Assembly (NCBI GenBank): GCA_021851325.1
Contig: JAJZDZ010000011.1
Location: forward strand, 7,424-71,423
DNA: 64,000 nt
From: Pseudomonadota bacterium
GTDB taxonomy: Bacteria > Pseudomonadota > Alphaproteobacteria > Micropepsales > Micropepsaceae
Direction of reading: 5' to 3'
A program made the position numbers and the translations under genes. A model generated the notes under the pieces. That model had not been told where the DNA came from. It worked only from the letters and a program-made list of their open reading frames with translations, and did not search any database. This document shows positions 10,244 through 20,402 of the stretch, piece by piece (positions within the stretch are counted from its first letter, which is position 1; each line of letters starts with the position of its first letter).

Positions 10244-11136
10244 AGGCTGACCACCGACTTTTCGCGGTGAACGTCGTCCATATAGTCATGCATCAGGGCC
10301 TGGGTCAGCGCCCCCGGCTGGAAATTGTATGGCCCGATCTGCGCCACCGGCGTCACTTCGGCTGCCGTCCCGACGATGAAACATTCCTCGAAGCCTTCCA
10401 TTTCCTTGGGCTCGATATGGCGCTCGACCACCGGGATCTGACGCACCTTGGCCAGCCCCATCACCGCACGGCGGGTAATGCCATCGAGGAAACAGTCCGG
10501 CGTCGGGGTGTAGAGGGTACCCTCCTTGATGAAGAAGATGTTCGCCCCGGTGGCCTCCGCCACATAGCCGCGATAGTCAAACATCAGCGCATCGGCGAAG
10601 CCTTTGGCTTCGGCAGCATGCTTGGACAGGGTGCAGATCATGTAAAGACCAGCCGCCTTGGCCTTGGTTGGGGCGGTGTCAGGCGCCGGCCGCTTCCAGT
10701 CCGACACCATCATGCGAATGCCCTTCATCTTGGTGGCCGGATCGAAATACGAGCCCCACGTCCACACCGCCACACCGACATGGATTTTGCTGTGCTGGGC
10801 CGAGACGGCCATCATCTCCGAGCCGCGAAACACCACCGGGCGCACATAGCCATCGACGATGTCCTGGGCCTTGGCCGCGGCATAGCAGGCATCAAAGACC
10901 TGCTGCGGGGTATAGGGAACCTGCATGCCGAGGATCTGTGCGGACTCAAACAAACGCTGGATATGCTCCGCATGCTTGTAGATCCGTCCGCCATAAATGC
11001 GTTCACCTTCGAATACGGAGGACGCGTAGTGCAGACCATGGGTCAGAATATGGGTCTTAGCATCGCGCCAGGGCACCAGCCTTCCGTCATACCAGAGCGA
11101 GCCATCGCGATCGTCGAAGGGAATGATGTCGGCCAT
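10240..11136 (-). CDS. ilvE: Branched-chain amino acid aminotransferase
   Basis: It shows the class IV aminotransferase pattern (W.DG..V.W.DA..H.L.H.LHY...VFEG.R.Y). ATG 11136 (MADIIPFDD) is preceded by a GAGG RBS. Confidence 0.9.
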   Translation of the reverse strand: MADIIPFDDRDGSLWYDGRLVPWRDAKTHILTHGLHYASSVFEGERIYGGRIYKHAEHIQRLFESAQILGMQVPYTPQQVFDACYAAAKAQDIVDGYVRPVVFRGSEMMAVSAQHSKIHVGVAVWTWGSYFDPATKMKGIRMMVSDWKRPAPDTAPTKAKAAGLYMICTLSKHAAEAKGFADALMFDYRGYVAEATGANIFFIKEGTLYTPTPDCFLDGITRRAVMGLAKVRQIPVVERHIEPKEMEGFEECFIVGTAAEVTPVAQIGPYNFQPGALTQALMHDYMDDVHREKSVVSL

Positions 11137-11206
11137 GAAAACCTCGTTACGCAGTGTGATCGGCTGCGGCTTGCCGGAAACTGCCGGCCAGCCTAAATAT
11201 GTCAGC

Positions 11207-11698
11207 ATGTCTGACGCAAAAGGTGCTGAGCCACGGCCGCAGGTCTTTCCTTTATACCTTCACGACGAGGCGTTAAAGCAGGGCGTTGACCTCCTTTTTG
11301 CCGCCTTCGCGGAGGTGTTCGCAGATGGCGATGCCGTTCTGAAATCCGCCCGGCTCGGGCGTGCCCACCACCGCGCCCTCTATTTTATTGCCCGCCAGCC
11401 CGGGATCACCGTGGCCGAGCTGTTGGCCCGGCTCAAAATCACCAAGCAGAGCCTGTCGCGGGTGATTACCGAACTGCTGGCCGACGGCTACATCGAGCGG
11501 CGAACCGCCGCAGGCGACCGGCGCCGGCGTGAGCTGCGCCTCTCCGAAAAGGGTGTCCTCTTCGAGCAGCGCCTGTGGGAAGCGCAGCGCCCAAGGCTCG
11601 CGCGGGCCTTTCGCGAGGCGGGGCCCGACAGCGTGACCGGCTTTCGCCACGTGCTGGCGGCGCTCGCCAGTGCGCAAAGGGGGGAGAAGCGGCGATGA
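11207..11698 (+). CDS. MarR-family transcriptional regulator
   Basis: It has a winged-helix segment (ALYFIARQPGITVAELLARLKITKQSLSRVITELLADGYIERR). Its stop overlaps the start of the downstream response regulator (ATGA at 11695-11698). Confidence 0.8.
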   Translation: MSDAKGAEPRPQVFPLYLHDEALKQGVDLLFAAFAEVFADGDAVLKSARLGRAHHRALYFIARQPGITVAELLARLKITKQSLSRVITELLADGYIERRTAAGDRRRRELRLSEKGVLFEQRLWEAQRPRLARAFREAGPDSVTGFRHVLAALASAQRGEKRR

Positions 11699-12399
11699 GC
11701 CTCGGTCCGACGGCAGAAACCGCACACCTGCTCGTGGTCGATGACGATGAACGGCTGCGCGCCCTCTTGCAGCGCTACCTCTCGGCCAACGGCTTTCGTG
11801 TCAGTGTCGCGGCCAACGCCGCCGAAGCCCGCGCGCTCATGAAGTCGATCGCCTTCGATCTGCTCATCATCGATATCATGATGCCGGGCGAAACCGGTCT
11901 TGAGCTGACCAAATCGGTGCGCGCCCATTCCCAGGTTCCCATCCTCATCCTGACTGCCCGCGGCGGCCCGGAGGATCGCATTGCCGGACTGGAACACGGC
12001 GCCGACGATTATCTGCCCAAGCCATTTGAACCACGCGAGCTGCTGTTGCGCTGTGGCGCCTTGATGCGCCGTGCTGCGCCTGTGGCGGCCGCGGTGCTGC
12101 GCGAAATCAAGATGGGCGAAGCCATCTTCGATCCCGAAAGGAGCGAACTCAAACGACGCGGCAAACCGGTACGTCTGACCACGTCCGAAGCCGCCTTGCT
12201 CAAACTGTTTGCTGCCAATGTCGGCCGCCCGTTCAGCCGTGCCGATCTGTGCACCCGGCTCGGCGTCACCCTCGAACGCTCCATCGATGTCCAGGTGACA
12301 CGCCTCAGACGCAAGATTGAAGAGGATCCCAAACTGCCACTTTATATCCAGACCGTACGCGGTGTCGGTTATGTCCTTATTCCGGACCGGGTGAGCTAG
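11695..12399 (+). CDS. OmpR-family two-component response regulator
   Basis: The receiver domain shows LLVVDDDERL ... DLLIIDIMMPGETG. The C-terminal winged-helix DNA-binding domain shows VQVTRLRRKIE ... IQTVRGVGYVL. Confidence 0.9.
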   Translation: MSLGPTAETAHLLVVDDDERLRALLQRYLSANGFRVSVAANAAEARALMKSIAFDLLIIDIMMPGETGLELTKSVRAHSQVPILILTARGGPEDRIAGLEHGADDYLPKPFEPRELLLRCGALMRRAAPVAAAVLREIKMGEAIFDPERSELKRRGKPVRLTTSEAALLKLFAANVGRPFSRADLCTRLGVTLERSIDVQVTRLRRKIEEDPKLPLYIQTVRGVGYVLIPDRVS

Positions 12400-12401
12400 C
12401 C

Positions 12402-13739
12402 GTGTGGCGTCCCCTTCGGGCTCTGCGCAAGGCGATGCCGCAACGCCTGTTCGGCCGCTCGCTTATCATCATCGTCGCGCCCGTGGTGCTGCTGCAAGGA
12501 GTGGTCACCTTCGCCTTCTTTGCCCGCCACTACGACACCATGACCCGGCACATGAGCCAGGGCGTCGCCGGCGAAGTCGCCTTTCTCGTCAATCTCGTCG
12601 AAACCCATCCCAACCCCAAAACCCGCACGGCCCTGCTCGACATGGCCGCACGGAGCATGGGCTATCAGATCTCCTATCTTCCAGGTCAGCACCTGCGTCT
12701 GCCGGTACAGCACCGCGCGCCGCATATCAGCTACATCCTGACCTATGTTTTCGACAATCAGCTGGGAGAAGACCATCCCTTCTCCTCGCGCGTGATCGGA
12801 CGCTATGTCGACATCAGCGTCGATCTGAAGCACGGAACCTTGCGCCTGCTCATTCCCGCCGAACGGGTATTCGCCGGCACCGCCGAAGTCTTCATCCTGT
12901 GGATGGTGGTGTCCGCTCTTATTCTGCTCGCCATCGCCATCATCTTTCTGCGCAACCAGGTCCGGCCGATCGAACGGCTGGCGCTTGCCGCAGAAGCCTT
13001 TGGCCGTGGCCGCACCGTTCCCGACTTCCGGCCCCGTGGCGCCAGTGAGGTCCGCAGCGCTGCCGAAGCCTTCATCACCATGCGTGCACGCATTGAACGC
13101 TTCCTGCAGCAGCGCACCGAAATGCTGGCCGCGGTCAGCCATGATCTGAAAACCCCGCTCACGCGCATGAAGCTGCAGCTGGCGATGATGGATGAGACCG
13201 ACGCCGCCCCGCTCATCGAAGACATCGTCGAAATGGAGCACATGCTCGAGGGCTATCTCGAGTTCGCCCGTGGGGAAGGGGGCGAGGCCGCAAACGACAC
13301 CGATCTGGCCCAGCTCGTGCGCGAAACCTGTGACGCCGCGACCCGGGGCAAGGCAGCCGATCGCATCACCATGCAGCTGACCCCGGATCTGGTCCTGCCG
13401 GTCAAGCGCCATGCCCTGCGCCGCTGTCTGAACAATCTGATCGATAACGCCCTCAAGCACGGCAGCCATGTGCAGGTGAGCCTCCTTAGCCATGGCAGCG
13501 AGGACCGGCGCTTCATCGACATCGTCATCGATGATGATGGCCCCGGCATCCCCGAGGCCCGGCGCGAAGAGGCCTTCCGCCCCTTCCACCGCCTCGACGA
13601 AGGACGCAATCTGCAGACAGGAGGCTCTGGCCTTGGCCTCGCCATTGCGCGCGACATTGCCCGCGCCCATGGCGGTGAACTCAGCCTCGCGGACAGTCCC
13701 ATGGGTGGCCTGAGGGCGCTTGTCCGCCTGCCGGTCTAG
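12402..13739 (+). CDS. Sensor histidine kinase (EnvZ-like)
   Basis: It has two TM segments, an H-box AVSHDLKTPLTRM, an N-box NLIDNALKHG, and G-boxes DDDGPGIP and GGSGLGLAIAR. The start is GTG at 12402. Confidence 0.9.
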   Translation: MWRPLRALRKAMPQRLFGRSLIIIVAPVVLLQGVVTFAFFARHYDTMTRHMSQGVAGEVAFLVNLVETHPNPKTRTALLDMAARSMGYQISYLPGQHLRLPVQHRAPHISYILTYVFDNQLGEDHPFSSRVIGRYVDISVDLKHGTLRLLIPAERVFAGTAEVFILWMVVSALILLAIAIIFLRNQVRPIERLALAAEAFGRGRTVPDFRPRGASEVRSAAEAFITMRARIERFLQQRTEMLAAVSHDLKTPLTRMKLQLAMMDETDAAPLIEDIVEMEHMLEGYLEFARGEGGEAANDTDLAQLVRETCDAATRGKAADRITMQLTPDLVLPVKRHALRRCLNNLIDNALKHGSHVQVSLLSHGSEDRRFIDIVIDDDGPGIPEARREEAFRPFHRLDEGRNLQTGGSGLGLAIARDIARAHGGELSLADSPMGGLRALVRLPV

Positions 13740-13747
13740 TCCGCAGC

Positions 13748-14401
13748 TCAGCGCCCGCCAAAGCGTCCAAGAAGAGTATCCGCACGGCGCAGATCGGTAT
13801 CGAGCCGGGCCATGGTCCGCCCCAGATCGTCCTCATCCTCCAGCCATACTGGCAGCGCCCGAAACAGCACCAGTCCGAACGCAAGGCGGCGCGCCCCCAG
13901 CTGCCCGCCCCGATCGGCCCCGGCCAGACTGAGCAGCCGGCCGGCCACGGCGGCAAACCCCCGACCGACGCCCATGAGTGCCAGGGGATCACGCCGCAGT
14001 CCGGCATGGAGCGTCGCCACCGCCCGCTTGTGCGGGCTGAGGGCCTCAAACCAGCTCATGGCCACGTCGAACAGCTGATCGTGTGCGCTCGCGCCCGTCT
14101 CGGGGACATGGGCGGTGGTCCGCGTCAGGTCACTCAGGATCAAGGATACCAGCTCGATCTTGGACGGGCAGAGGGTGAGCAGATCCGCCAGCGGCAGCTT
14201 GGCGGCGCGTGCGACCCGGGAGAGCTGAAGCTCGTCCCACGCGGTCTTTTCCAGGAGCCTCAGCGCCGCCGCGCCAACCAGCTGGCGCTGCATGGCCTCT
14301 GTCCGCGGAGGCCGCTGAGTGCGCCCCGCCGCTTTGGGCTTGGAGCTGGTGCGCGGCGATGACCGCGACGAGGTTTTGGCTGGGGTCCGTCGGCTTGGCA
14401 T
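13748..14401 (-). CDS. TetR/AcrR-like transcriptional regulator
   Basis: The 217-aa ORF has good third-position GC. A basic N-terminal tail is followed by a TetR-type HTH-like segment (AALRLLEKTAWDELQLSRVARAAKLPLADLLTLCPSK). The family call is tentative. Confidence 0.6.
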   Translation of the reverse strand: MPSRRTPAKTSSRSSPRTSSKPKAAGRTQRPPRTEAMQRQLVGAAALRLLEKTAWDELQLSRVARAAKLPLADLLTLCPSKIELVSLILSDLTRTTAHVPETGASAHDQLFDVAMSWFEALSPHKRAVATLHAGLRRDPLALMGVGRGFAAVAGRLLSLAGADRGGQLGARRLAFGLVLFRALPVWLEDEDDLGRTMARLDTDLRRADTLLGRFGGR

Positions 14402-14489
14402 ACGCCATGTTTGCCTTCAGCCTTGGCAGGGTTCAAGCCGCACCATGGGCCGTGCGCATCTGCCACAGCGTGCCCGCAAGACAACGCGA

Positions 14490-15305
14490 TCAGCTGGCCA
14501 GCTCTTTGGCGCGCCGATTGGCGGCGGCCACCGCCGCCCGCAGCACTGGGGCCAGACCATCTGCCCCCATCAGCACCCCCAGCGCCGCTTCGGTGGTGCC
14601 GCCGGGACTGGTCACATCGCGGCGGAGCGCCGCCGGCGGTCTTGGATCCGCCGCCAGTAACGCCCCTGCGCCCATGATCGTTGCCCGGGCCAGCTGCTCG
14701 GCCACCAGCGGTGGCAGCCCGATTGCGCACCCGGCCTCGGCCAGCGCCTCGACCAGGTAAAACACATAGGCCGGGCCCGAACCGGAGACCGCAGTGGTGG
14801 CGTCGATGAGGGTTTCCTTGCTGACCCAGAGGGTTTCACCCAAGGGGGAGAGCAGGGCTTCGGCGAGCTTGCGCGCGGGCGGCTCGATCGCTGCGGGCGC
14901 AAAGAGCGAGGAAATGCCGCAACCAATGGCCCCGGGCGTATTGGGCATGGCGCGGACAATACGTGCGCCGCGACCAAAATGCTTGCGCAGCGTGGCGATC
15001 GAGGTTCCCGCCGCAATCGACAGCATCAAGGTTCCGGTCTTGGCAATGGGCGCCAGATGCGCCGCTTCCAGGCGCAGGATCTGGGGTTTGATGGCAATGA
15101 CACAGGCCCGCAACCTCGGCGGAGCCTGATCTGCCGCCGTCATCACCCGGATCCTTTCCTTCTTGGCCAATGCCAGAAGGTCCTTTCCCGGATTGGGTTC
15201 GACCACGATCAGCGGACCGATATCGCGCGCCAGCCAGCCCTTGAGCAGGGCTCCCCCCATGCGCCCGGCGCCGATAAGAAGGATGGGGGCAGACTTTGCC
15301 ATCAT
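14490..15305 (-). CDS. proC: Pyrroline-5-carboxylate reductase
   Basis: It has the NADP-binding motif ILLIGAGRMGGAL and the ProC C-terminal signature (VTSPGGTTEAAL). The start, at ATG 15305 or 15302, abuts or overlaps the stop of the upstream ybjN-like gene. Confidence 0.9.
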   Translation of the reverse strand: MMAKSAPILLIGAGRMGGALLKGWLARDIGPLIVVEPNPGKDLLALAKKERIRVMTAADQAPPRLRACVIAIKPQILRLEAAHLAPIAKTGTLMLSIAAGTSIATLRKHFGRGARIVRAMPNTPGAIGCGISSLFAPAAIEPPARKLAEALLSPLGETLWVSKETLIDATTAVSGSGPAYVFYLVEALAEAGCAIGLPPLVAEQLARATIMGAGALLAADPRPPAALRRDVTSPGGTTEAALGVLMGADGLAPVLRAAVAAANRRAKELAS

Positions 15306-15808
15306 GCCTCGCCGGCGCATTCGAGCACCGCCGCGGCAATCGCCTCCTGTGCTGTCTTGCCGCCCCACAGTACGAACTGAAAGGCAGGATAGTAATATTC
15401 GCAGGCTTCGACCGCGAGATTAAGCAGCGCTTCGCACTGGCTGGCGCTTGCCATCGCCTCGGGGAAAATCATGGCATGGCGATAGATCAGCGTACCATCC
15501 TCGGGCCACAGATCGAAATGCCCGATCCACAGCTTGGCATTCACATGCACCAGAAGATTGGCCACTTCCTGGCGCCGTGTCGGCTCAACCCGCATGTCAA
15601 AAGCGCTCGACAGATGCAGCGACTGCAGATCCTCACGCCAGGTGAAGCTGAAGTGATGGTCACACCAGCGACCGGCGACCGACAGATTGAGTTCATCGCG
15701 CCCGGTGCGTTCAAACGGCCAGCCATTGTCCTCGACACTGCGCTCCAGCATGTCGAGGGGATGATCGCCTGCTGCGACCTCGTCCCGATAGGCAAGGCTC
15801 ATTCCCAT
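15302..15808 (-). CDS. YbjN-domain protein
   Basis: The sequence (PLDMLE......NGW.FER....EL...V.G.W.DY......W......L) is typical of the YbjN family found upstream of proC in alphaproteobacteria. I chose the start at MGMSLAY. Confidence 0.7.
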   Translation of the reverse strand: MGMSLAYRDEVAAGDHPLDMLERSVEDNGWPFERTGRDELNLSVAGRWCDHHFSFTWREDLQSLHLSSAFDMRVEPTRRQEVANLLVHVNAKLWIGHFDLWPEDGTLIYRHAMIFPEAMASASQCEALLNLAVEACEYYYPAFQFVLWGGKTAQEAIAAAVLECAGEA

Positions 15809-15982
15809 ACTCCTGCGGGTGACGGCAGTACTTTGCGCGTTTGACACAAAACGAAGCACCCTGCGATCAACCTGACACAGGATTTTGCGGCTGCACAAGA
15901 GTCCGGAGGCCGTCACATTTGTCCCAGCTGTGCAATTCACAGCTTTGGTCCGCAAAGTTCGGGCACCACCTTGGGCCGGGTC

Positions 15983-16255
15983 TCAGCCCAAGGTACCAGC
16001 CTCGCCGCCGAGGCGGGCTTCGAGCGCGGCAAGGCGCTTGGCCAGTGCGTCATTTTCCGCACGCGCCTTCTGCGCCATGGCCCGCACTGCCTCAAATTCC
16101 TCCCGCGGCACGAAATCCATATCCGCCACCAGCTTCTCCAGACGGTGGCGCATGAAGGTATCGGCCTCGTTGCGGACCGACTGGGCGGCGCCGGCCGCAT
16201 CGCTGAACAGCCGGGCAAGCCCGTCAAGAATCGGATTGTCGCTCTGCATGGGCAT
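15983..16255 (-). CDS. ubiK: UbiK/YqiC-family accessory factor (BMFP)
   Basis: The 90-aa coiled-coil protein shows the characteristic LEKLVADMDFVPREEFEAVRAMAQKARAENDAL. Confidence 0.7.
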   Translation of the reverse strand: MPMQSDNPILDGLARLFSDAAGAAQSVRNEADTFMRHRLEKLVADMDFVPREEFEAVRAMAQKARAENDALAKRLAALEARLGGEAGTLG

Positions 16256-16351
16256 CTCCTCTTTGACCCAGACATAATGAATTTGTCGCCAATAGCGAAT
16301 AGGGGCGAAATCGCCTATGAGTAGTCCCTGCCACCCATCGCCTCAGCCCTG

Positions 16352-17266
16352 ATGCATATCCCTCTTATCGAAGCGCTCCTGCCCTATCCCCAGATCAATC
16401 CCGTAGCCCTTCAGCTCGGCCCCATTGCCATCCGCTGGTACGCGCTGGCCTATATTGCCGGGCTGCTGCTCGGCTGGTGGCTCATCCTGCGTCAGCTGGC
16501 GCAGCGATCCTTGTGGACCAACGCCCCGTTTTACGGCACGGCCCCGGCCAATGCCGAGCAGATCGGCGATCTTGTGGTGTGGGCAACCTTCGGCGTCATT
16601 CTCGGCGGCCGCCTCGGCTGGGTGCTTTTCTATGGCGTGATCCTGTGCTCCGGAGACCACGGCTATCCTTATTGCTACGGGCTGCCAGGGCACTTCCTCA
16701 CCGATCCCATCAAGATCTTCGCCGCCTGGCAGGGGGGGATGTCGTTTCATGGTGGCCTGATCGGTGTTGCCATCGCCATCTCGATCTTCAGTTCGCGCCA
16801 GAAGCTGAGCGCGCTCCAGCTCGGCGACCTCGTGGCCAGCGTCGCGCCGATCGGATTGTTCTTCGGCCGCATTGCCAATTTCATCAATGATGAACTCTGG
16901 GGGCGCCCCACCAACGTGCCGTGGGCCATGATCTTCCCCCGTGGCGGCAATATTCCGCGCCACCCAAGCCAGCTCTACGAGGCCGCGCTTGAAGGCATTG
17001 CCCTCTTCATCATTCTGCAGCTTGGCCTGCGCAAATTCCGCTGGCACCAGAAGCCTGGCCTGCTCATCGGCGCCTTCCTGCTCGGCTATGGCGTGTTTCG
17101 CAGCTTCGTCGAGATGTATCGCGAACCTGATGCGCCCTTCCTCGGCCCCATCACCATGGGCCAGGCCCTGTCTTCATTCATGATCATCGGCTCGGTCTAC
17201 TTCTTCTGGCGCGCCCTGAGGCAGCAGCCTGAAGAGCCCAAGGCGATCAAACAGGCCAAGGGGTGA
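16352..17266 (+). CDS. lgt: Prolipoprotein diacylglyceryl transferase
   Basis: The 304-aa polytopic protein has Lgt motifs (IRWYALAYI, WQGGMSFHGGLIG, GRIANFINDELWGRPT, HPSQLYEA). Confidence 0.92.
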   Translation: MHIPLIEALLPYPQINPVALQLGPIAIRWYALAYIAGLLLGWWLILRQLAQRSLWTNAPFYGTAPANAEQIGDLVVWATFGVILGGRLGWVLFYGVILCSGDHGYPYCYGLPGHFLTDPIKIFAAWQGGMSFHGGLIGVAIAISIFSSRQKLSALQLGDLVASVAPIGLFFGRIANFINDELWGRPTNVPWAMIFPRGGNIPRHPSQLYEAALEGIALFIILQLGLRKFRWHQKPGLLIGAFLLGYGVFRSFVEMYREPDAPFLGPITMGQALSSFMIIGSVYFFWRALRQQPEEPKAIKQAKG

Positions 17267-18348
17267 ACGCACTCGCACAGCGTCTGGCCGGGCTGATCAG
17301 AGCACAAGGGCCACTCTCGGTGGCACAGTTCATGGCGCTGGCGCTCATGGATCCTGATTACGGCTATTACACGCAGCAGGATCCTTTCGGAGCTGACGGG
17401 GATTTCATCACCGCCCCGGAAGTCAGCCAGATGTTCGGCGAACTGCTCGGCCTGTGGCTCGTGCAGGCCTGGCGCAACCAGGGCTCGGCCTCGGCACTGC
17501 GACTGATCGAGCTGGGCCCGGGCCGCGGCACCATGATGGCCGATGTCCTGCGCGCTGCCGCCAGGGTCGCGCCTGAATTTGTTGCCGCCGCCGAGGTTAC
17601 GCTCATCGAAGCCAGCCCACGCTTGCGCGCTGCGCAGCAGCAGCGGCTCGCCACCGCGCCAGTCACAGTGAGCTGGAGCCCGACCCTGAAACTCGAGGCC
17701 CTGAGCGGACCTCTCTTCGTGCTCGCCAATGAATTCTTTGATGCCCTGCCCGTGCGCCAATTCCTGCGGGTGGGGGAAAAATGGCATGAACGGGTGGTCA
17801 CCGTGGGACGCCAGGGAGTCCTTGAATTTGCCATTGCCCCCATGGCAGCGCAGGCCCTGGCCCCAACCCCGGGGCGGCCGCCCGCACAGGACGGCGATCT
17901 CTTCGAGCTCTGCCCGTCCGGCCTTGCCTTGTGCGAAAACCTTGCGGCCACCATCGCCCGCCAGGGCGGAGCGGCCCTCATCATCGACTACGGCTATGAC
18001 GGCAAGGTCGGCTTTGGCGACACCCTGCAGGCGCTGCGGACCCATCACCCTGTGCCAGTTCTGGCCGACCCGGGCGAGGCCGATGTGACGGCGCATGTGG
18101 ATTTTGCCGCCCTGGCCCTCTCAGCCCGCCATGGCGGCGCCGCTGTCTATGGCCCGCGCCCGCAAGGCGCCTTCCTGACCGCGCTCGGTATCGGGCCGCG
18201 CTGTGCCGCCCTGGCGCGTTCCACGCCCGACGCGGCGACAGTTCTGCGCCGCCAGCTCGACCGGCTGTGCGCGGAAGACCAGATGGGCCAGCTGTTCAAG
18301 GCGCTGGCCCTCCTGCCCCAGCACGCGCCCAGGCCCGACGGCTTTTGA
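17263..18348 (+). CDS. Class I SAM-dependent methyltransferase (NDUFAF7/DUF185-like)
   Basis: The sequence matches the NDUFAF7-type family (FM...L..P..GYY.....FG..GDFITAPE.SQMFGEL.G.W ... ELGPGRGT). Its start overlaps the lgt stop. Confidence 0.8.
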   Translation: MNALAQRLAGLIRAQGPLSVAQFMALALMDPDYGYYTQQDPFGADGDFITAPEVSQMFGELLGLWLVQAWRNQGSASALRLIELGPGRGTMMADVLRAAARVAPEFVAAAEVTLIEASPRLRAAQQQRLATAPVTVSWSPTLKLEALSGPLFVLANEFFDALPVRQFLRVGEKWHERVVTVGRQGVLEFAIAPMAAQALAPTPGRPPAQDGDLFELCPSGLALCENLAATIARQGGAALIIDYGYDGKVGFGDTLQALRTHHPVPVLADPGEADVTAHVDFAALALSARHGGAAVYGPRPQGAFLTALGIGPRCAALARSTPDAATVLRRQLDRLCAEDQMGQLFKALALLPQHAPRPDGF

Positions 18349-18415
18349 GGAGGTTGCCGGTTCATGGCCACAGGCTGCGATACCCCTTTACTCCCGGCCG
18401 AAAGGATGCACCGCC

Positions 18416-19204
18416 ATGGCTGACGCGATCTTGAAACTTGAGGCCGAGGTTCTTCGCAAGGACGGCATTGCGCATGGCTTTTTCGGCCGGCGGGGCGGGG
18501 TCAGCGACGGCATTTATGCCAGTCTCAACGGTGGACCAGGCTCCGGTGACGCGCGCGAACGCGTCGAAGAGAACCGTCGGCGCGTGGCGCACAGCCTGTG
18601 TTGCCACAGCCTCGTCAATGCCCATCAATGCCACAGTGCCGATGCCGTTCGGGTCACCACGCCGTGGGCGCTTGGTACCGGGCCCAAGGCCGATGGCCTC
18701 GTCACCGACCAGACCGGTATTGCCCTGGCGATCCTGACAGCGGACTGCGCGCCGGTGCTTCTGGCCGACGTCGAGGCGCGGGTAATCGGTGCCGCCCATG
18801 CGGGCTGGCGGGGCGCGATCGGCGGCGTCATCGAGGCAACGATTGCCCAGATGCAGGCCCTGGGCGCGCAGAGGCAGCGGATCTGTGCCGCCATCGGTCC
18901 GGCCATCAGCCAGGCCCATTATGAGGTCGGCCCCGAATTTGCGGCCCGCTTTCTCGAACTCGACCCGCAGAACACACGCTTCTTCATTCCGGCCGAACGG
19001 CCTTTGCACCATTACTTCGCGCTGGAAGACTATGTCGGTGCGCGGCTGCGCGCCGCCGGCGTGGACCAAATCGAGGCGCTTCGGACCTGCACCTATGGGC
19101 GCGAGCAGGATTTCTTTTCCTATCGCCGCAATACCCATGCCGGCACCACCCTCTACGGGCGGCAAATCTCGGCGATCGCGCTCAGCGCACCTCGCCAGGG
19201 CTGA
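18416..19204 (+). CDS. pgeF: Peptidoglycan editing factor PgeF (YfiH/DUF152 family)
   Basis: It shows HGF..R.GGVS...Y.SLN, then Q.HS..., TADC.PVL, and HAGWRG. Confidence 0.85.
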   Translation: MADAILKLEAEVLRKDGIAHGFFGRRGGVSDGIYASLNGGPGSGDARERVEENRRRVAHSLCCHSLVNAHQCHSADAVRVTTPWALGTGPKADGLVTDQTGIALAILTADCAPVLLADVEARVIGAAHAGWRGAIGGVIEATIAQMQALGAQRQRICAAIGPAISQAHYEVGPEFAARFLELDPQNTRFFIPAERPLHHYFALEDYVGARLRAAGVDQIEALRTCTYGREQDFFSYRRNTHAGTTLYGRQISAIALSAPRQG

Positions 19205-19347
19205 GCCCCCGGACGCTTATCCAGAGCCCTGAGGGCACTAAGGCGCAAAGGCGGGTTTACCGTCCACAACTTGCTTGCTAGAACGCCCCCGGCTGTAACG
19301 GAAGTGTCAAACCGTTTTGCCGCCATTCATCCTCTGAGGCGTGCGGT

Positions 19348-20307
19348 ATGAGTGATGCAGGACTGACCCGCGGCATGAAATTGATCGCGGGCAATTCCAA
19401 CCGCGAATTGGCCGAGAAGATCGGCCAATACCTCAAGCTCCCCTTTACCAAGGCGATCGTGCGGCGCTTTGCCGACATGGAGGTGTTCGTCGAGATCCAG
19501 GAAAATGTCCGGGGCGAGGACATCTTTGTGATCCAGTCGACGAGCTATCCCGCCAATGACAACCTGATGGAACTCCTCATCGTGATCGATGCCCTGAAGC
19601 GGGCCTCGGCACGACGCATCACCGCCGTGATCCCGTATTTCGGCTATGCCCGCCAGGATCGCAAGGTCGGGCCCCGGACCCCGATCTCGGCCAAGCTGGT
19701 GGCCAATCTGATCACCGAGGCCGGCGCCAACCGGGTCCTCACCGTCGACCTGCATGCCGGCCAGATCCAGGGCTTCTTCGATATTCCCACCGACAATCTC
19801 TATGGCGCCCCGGTCATCGTGAAGGACATCCAGGACTATCTTGGCCAGGATAACCTGATGGTGGTCTCTCCTGACGTAGGCGGCGTGGTGCGGGCGCGGG
19901 CCCTGGCCAAACGACTGGGCGCGGATCTTGCCATCGTTGACAAGCGCCGCGAGCGGGCCGGGGAATCGGAGGTCATGAACATCATCGGTGATGTCAGCGG
20001 ACGCTCCTGCATCCTGGTCGATGATATCGTCGATTCCGGCGGCACCATCTGCAATGCCGCCGAAGCGCTGATAGCCAAGGGTGCCAAGGATGTCTGCGCC
20101 TATGCGACCCATGGCGTCCTGTCGGGAGGCGCAGTCGCCCGCATCGCCGCCTCCAGGCTCAAGTCCATGGTGATCACCGACTCGATCGCGGCCACCGACG
20201 AGGTGCGAAAATGTCCCAATATCCGTCGCATTTCGATTGCCCCCTTGATCGGCGAAGCGATGCGACGCATCAATAATGAAGAAAGCGTATCGAGCCTTTT
20301 TGACTAG
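19348..20307 (+). CDS. prs: Ribose-phosphate pyrophosphokinase
   Basis: The 319-aa ORF has the motifs [22 protein letters not shown] and the PRPP loop [12 protein letters not shown]. Confidence 0.95.
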   Translation: MSDAGLTRGMKLIAGNSNRELAEKIGQYLKLPFTKAIVRRFADMEVFVEIQENVRGEDIFVIQSTSYPANDNLMELLIVIDALKRASARRITAVIPYFGYARQDRKVGPRTPISAKLVANLITEAGANRVLTVDLHAGQIQGFFDIPTDNLYGAPVIVKDIQDYLGQDNLMVVSPDVGGVVRARALAKRLGADLAIVDKRRERAGESEVMNIIGDVSGRSCILVDDIVDSGGTICNAAEALIAKGAKDVCAYATHGVLSGGAVARIAASRLKSMVITDSIAATDEVRKCPNIRRISIAPLIGEAMRRINNEESVSSLFD

Positions 20308-20402
20308 ATTCTAAAATTGGTGGCCGCCCGTAAACCGGCAGTAAACCGGGCAGCCCTCATCCTTACACGTTGCGACAGGCGCGGGCGGCAGGAGGCCATG
20401 GC

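Noticed and set aside
12396-13670. A 424-aa minus-strand ORF.
   Set aside because: It is antisense to the histidine kinase, which has complete H, N and G boxes on the plus strand.
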